Shown here: positions 61,221 to 64,000 of the stretch, one piece after another | Layout: every line of letters starts with the position of its first letter | Position numbering within the stretch: position 1 is the first letter of the stretch | Assembly (NCBI GenBank): GCA_963737265.1 | Contig: CAVTRY010000014.1 | Span: forward strand, 32,001-96,000 | Source: an uncultured delta proteobacterium | GTDB taxonomy: Bacteria; Myxococcota_A; Polyangia; Fen-1088 | DNA: 64,000 bases | Direction of reading: 5' to 3' | Notes under the pieces: model-generated | What the model was told of the DNA's origin: nothing | Databases searched by the model: none | The model's input: only the letters and a program-made list of their open reading frames with translations | Program-made: the position numbers and the translations under genes

Positions 61221-63106
61221 GTGCGCCCAGCATGGGCGTCGTCTTGGGGGTGCAAGTCCCCCCGAAAGGAGACCATCCCAAACGAAGCGAACTGCAACTG
61301 CGAAAGGGCGACCAATCGTGGGGAGGAAGCAGGGAGCGAAACCGCGGGCTGATGAACAAAAACCGGATAAGAGGCGGCGCCGAGCGGGGCGAGTGGGCCC
61401 GTTGCCACAAAGCCTCGATGGTCAAAGCTCAGGCTACGTAGATCCGGCGGTCGTGCGGGGAAGGACGACGTACTTACCTGGGGAGATCTCGCCTTGTGCC
61501 TGAAAGGGCGACGGCGCGGACGCGACGGGGCGAGAAGTCAGCAGAGGTCGTAGTAGCGAAGTCGAAGCCGGGGCGGCGATATCACCGACGCCGGAAGTCT
61601 TTGGCGATGCGAAGGACTGAACGAGAAGGAGAGCGAAACGAACATGCGTCTCGGAAGCAAACGGCCTCAGATGACCAGGCAACTGGAGCTAACGTTTTCA
61701 AATAGGGGTGAAACCCCGACGGGAAAACGAAGCGAGGAAGCGCCGACGGCGACGTGTGAAAACGAGCGCTCGGGAGCGAGCGGCCTGATGGAGAGGGTGT
61801 GCGAACGCCCGAACCTTTTGGCCGCGCTGAAGCGAGTGAGAAGGAACAAGGGCAGTCCCGGCATCGACGGGATGACGGTGGATGAATTGCCGATACACCT
61901 GCGCGAATACTGGCCACGGCTGCGCGAGGAACTGCTCGCGGGGACGTACCAGCCCGCGCTTGTGAAGGAGCAACTCATACCGAAGGCCAGCGGAGGAATG
62001 CGCAAGCTTGGCATTCCGACGGTGGTCGACCGATTCATCCAGCAGGCTGTATTGCAGGTTCTGCAACCGATGTTCGACCCGGACTTCTCAAAGCACAGCC
62101 ACGGTTTCCGGCCTGGGCACCGTGCGCACGACGCCATCGTCGAGGCGCAGGGGTATATCCAGGGCGGACGCAAGTGGGTGGTAGACGTGGACTTGGAGCA
62201 ATTCTTTGACCGCGTGAACCACGACGTGCTGATGGGAAGACTGGCGAAACGCATCGGCGACCGTCGTTTGCTGGGGCTCATCCGGCGTTACCTCGGGGCC
62301 GGCATTATGGCTGGCGGGGTGGCGACGGAGCGGTACGAGGGAACGCCACAAGGCGGCCCCTTGTCACCGCTGCTAGCCAACGTGCTGCTCGACGAAGTGG
62401 ACAAGGAGCTGGAGAAACGCGGGCACGCATTCTGCCGGTACGCTGATGACTGCAACGTATACCTTCGGTCGCGGCGTGCGGGCGAGCGTGTGATGGGGCT
62501 GCTACGGCGGCTCTACGCGGGACTGCGACTTCAAGTCAATGAAACGAAAAGCGCGGTGGGCTTGGCGTGGAACCGGAAAATCCTGGGTTACACATTCTGG
62601 GTAAACCGGGAAGGAACGGTGAAGCGCGCGGTGGCAGACAAAGCCCTTGCCACGATGAAGGACAAAGTCCGGAACATCACGAGGCGGACGGGCGGGCAAA
62701 GCATTGGCCAGGTCTGCAAACGGCTGGGGGAATATCTGCGTGGTTGGAAGGAATACTTCCGGCTCGCGGACACGCCTCGGGTCTTTGGCAACTTGGACAA
62801 ATGGATTCGCCGTCGCCTACGGGCTCTCCACTTGAAACACTGGGGACAACAATCGACCGTCTATCGGGAACTGCGGGCTCGGGGGATGTCCCATGACGCA
62901 GCAAGCGTAGTGGCCGTGAACTGTCGCCGCTGGTGGAAAAACTCGGCTAGTATGATGAACGTGGCATTTCCCATTCGCTACTTTGACCAGTTGGGGGTAC
63001 CCCGGCTGGCCACGTAACCTCAACTTCCCGAACCGCCCGGTGCGGACCCGCACGCCGGGTGGTGTGGCAGGGGTCCTTGACGATCTGTCGAGGCCCCTAT
63101 GCCGAT
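61221..63106 (+). mobile_element. Group II intron, class C (IIC)
   Basis: 5' GTGCGCCCAGCATGGGCG; DV GAACCGCCCGGTGCGGACCCGCACGCCGGGTGGTGT (CGC triad); DVI ending CCTATGCCGAT; lies downstream of a hairpin. Confidence 0.93.
61644..63017 (+). CDS. ltrA: Group II intron reverse transcriptase/maturase, no endonuclease domain
   Basis: NKGSPGIDG, RKLGIPTVVDR, GFRPG, FFDRVNHD, GTPQGGPLSPLLAN, RYADD, RGWKEYF. Confidence 0.97.
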   Translation: MRLGSKRPQMTRQLELTFSNRGETPTGKRSEEAPTATCENERSGASGLMERVCERPNLLAALKRVRRNKGSPGIDGMTVDELPIHLREYWPRLREELLAGTYQPALVKEQLIPKASGGMRKLGIPTVVDRFIQQAVLQVLQPMFDPDFSKHSHGFRPGHRAHDAIVEAQGYIQGGRKWVVDVDLEQFFDRVNHDVLMGRLAKRIGDRRLLGLIRRYLGAGIMAGGVATERYEGTPQGGPLSPLLANVLLDEVDKELEKRGHAFCRYADDCNVYLRSRRAGERVMGLLRRLYAGLRLQVNETKSAVGLAWNRKILGYTFWVNREGTVKRAVADKALATMKDKVRNITRRTGGQSIGQVCKRLGEYLRGWKEYFRLADTPRVFGNLDKWIRRRLRALHLKHWGQQSTVYRELRARGMSHDAASVVAVNCRRWWKNSASMMNVAFPIRYFDQLGVPRLAT

Positions 63107-63897
63107 CCGTGCAGCGGCGGCCAGCGATCCTGACCTGGCTCTTCCGGGGCTGCGTGCCAGGGCGGGGCGACGACGGCTTTCTTCGTCACCTTCTCGACCA
63201 GCTTCCACGACTCTCTCGCCAACTCGCGAGGGAAGCCGGAGCAGTACGGCGACGCCCACTCGCTGTGAAACACCGCCAGCCGGGCAAATTCCGCCACCAA
63301 GGTCATGCTGGCGCGGTAACTCTTGCCCACGCTTGGCGCGGCTGGCGGGGCCTCGGCACAAGGGGGATAGGAGGAGAACTTGCAGACCGACTTATCAATA
63401 GACGGCCGGAAGTGATACTCACAAAAGTAGTCAAGAAATAAGAAGATCCCTTTCCCAGAGAAGAATCCACTGCTCTTTCGCAGAGCGTGAGAGGCCTGCG
63501 ATCTGCCGGCAAAGCTGTTCCAACCGCTGATACCGTCGACCTCGATCGCGTAAATGTCGTTGCCTCGGAGCGAGACCCGAATGTGTCCAGACTCGAACCA
63601 CTCGTCGTAGATGAAGTGGAGGAATTTGTCCTCATGCCCCGGCAGTCCATACTCTTGCTTTTCTAGCCACTCCTCCAGGAAAAAAGCCTCCCATTGCGAA
63701 TCGTCCGTGGGAGACACCGAGGCGTCGACGGACCTGGCGTCTGCGAGGATACTCATCCCGCCCGATTTGCCACCGTCCGGCCGCGAAGGCGAGGCGCCCG
63801 CTGGCGAACACGAGAAAGACGCTATTGAGGACGCCACGATCAGGACAAGCCCCGGAACCTCAGCGGCTATCGTTCTCCAATGCGCTGACGAGATCAT
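63097..63897 (-). CDS. Hypothetical (possible lipoprotein); 3' end hit by the intron
   Basis: 266-aa ORF with a hydrophobic N-region then SFSC. The last codons and stop lie inside the intron 3' end. Confidence 0.6.
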   Translation of the reverse strand: MISSAHWRTIAAEVPGLVLIVASSIASFSCSPAGASPSRPDGGKSGGMSILADARSVDASVSPTDDSQWEAFFLEEWLEKQEYGLPGHEDKFLHFIYDEWFESGHIRVSLRGNDIYAIEVDGISGWNSFAGRSQASHALRKSSGFFSGKGIFLFLDYFCEYHFRPSIDKSVCKFSSYPPCAEAPPAAPSVGKSYRASMTLVAEFARLAVFHSEWASPYCSGFPRELARESWKLVEKVTKKAVVAPPWHAAPEEPGQDRWPPLHGSA

Positions 63898-64000
63898 AGT
63901 GCAGGCCCGAGAATCGTGAACCGGTCTTCTGCCCCCTTGAACATGCGAAAAACAGCGCCGTCGTCCTGAAAATAGGCTGCGAAGGACCGTGACGTGCCCT

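Noticed and set aside
61644-63017. RT as a retron, DGR or defence RT (with the 49-bp repeat as TR/VR)
   Set aside because: It has clear group II intron ends, DV/DVI and a maturase domain. The repeat is 26 kb away and has only one mismatch, so there is no pattern of A-specific diversification.

Overview
GC-rich chromosomal window whose gene content points to a myxobacterium (Myxococcota, Polyangia-like): VWA and AgmX/PglI-type lipoproteins, TonB-fused receptor, Frz-like chemosensory genes, Hanks kinase and PEGA/TPR proteins. It holds about 55 CDS. Housekeeping genes are serS, pyrE, aroK/aroE, aguA/aguB, HU/IHF, ETF-QO, an acyl-CoA dehydrogenase, larE and an AmpG-like MFS. Accessory modules are an ECF sigma operon, a 7-gene TonB operon, a three-gene exosortase locus, a PEP-utilizing enzyme and a complete class IIC group II intron. 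Highlights: (1) the exosortase substrate carries its IPTL-CTERM signal near the N-terminus, followed by a second membrane segment and EGF/laminin-like repeats; (2) MITE-like repeat families with 3-bp TNA target duplications sit on stop codons; (3) a 49-bp near-perfect copy of an internal RMD1-gene segment lies in a structured intergenic region 10 kb away; (4) the intron inserted antisense 4 nt before a stop codon, next to that gene's terminator; (5) a 56-aa membrane microprotein is missing from the ORF track. Eight genes have single +1 frameshifts at TCGA/GATC contexts, probably long-read consensus errors rather than pseudogenes. No tRNA, rRNA or CRISPR array was seen. All family calls come from motif recognition, not database searches.
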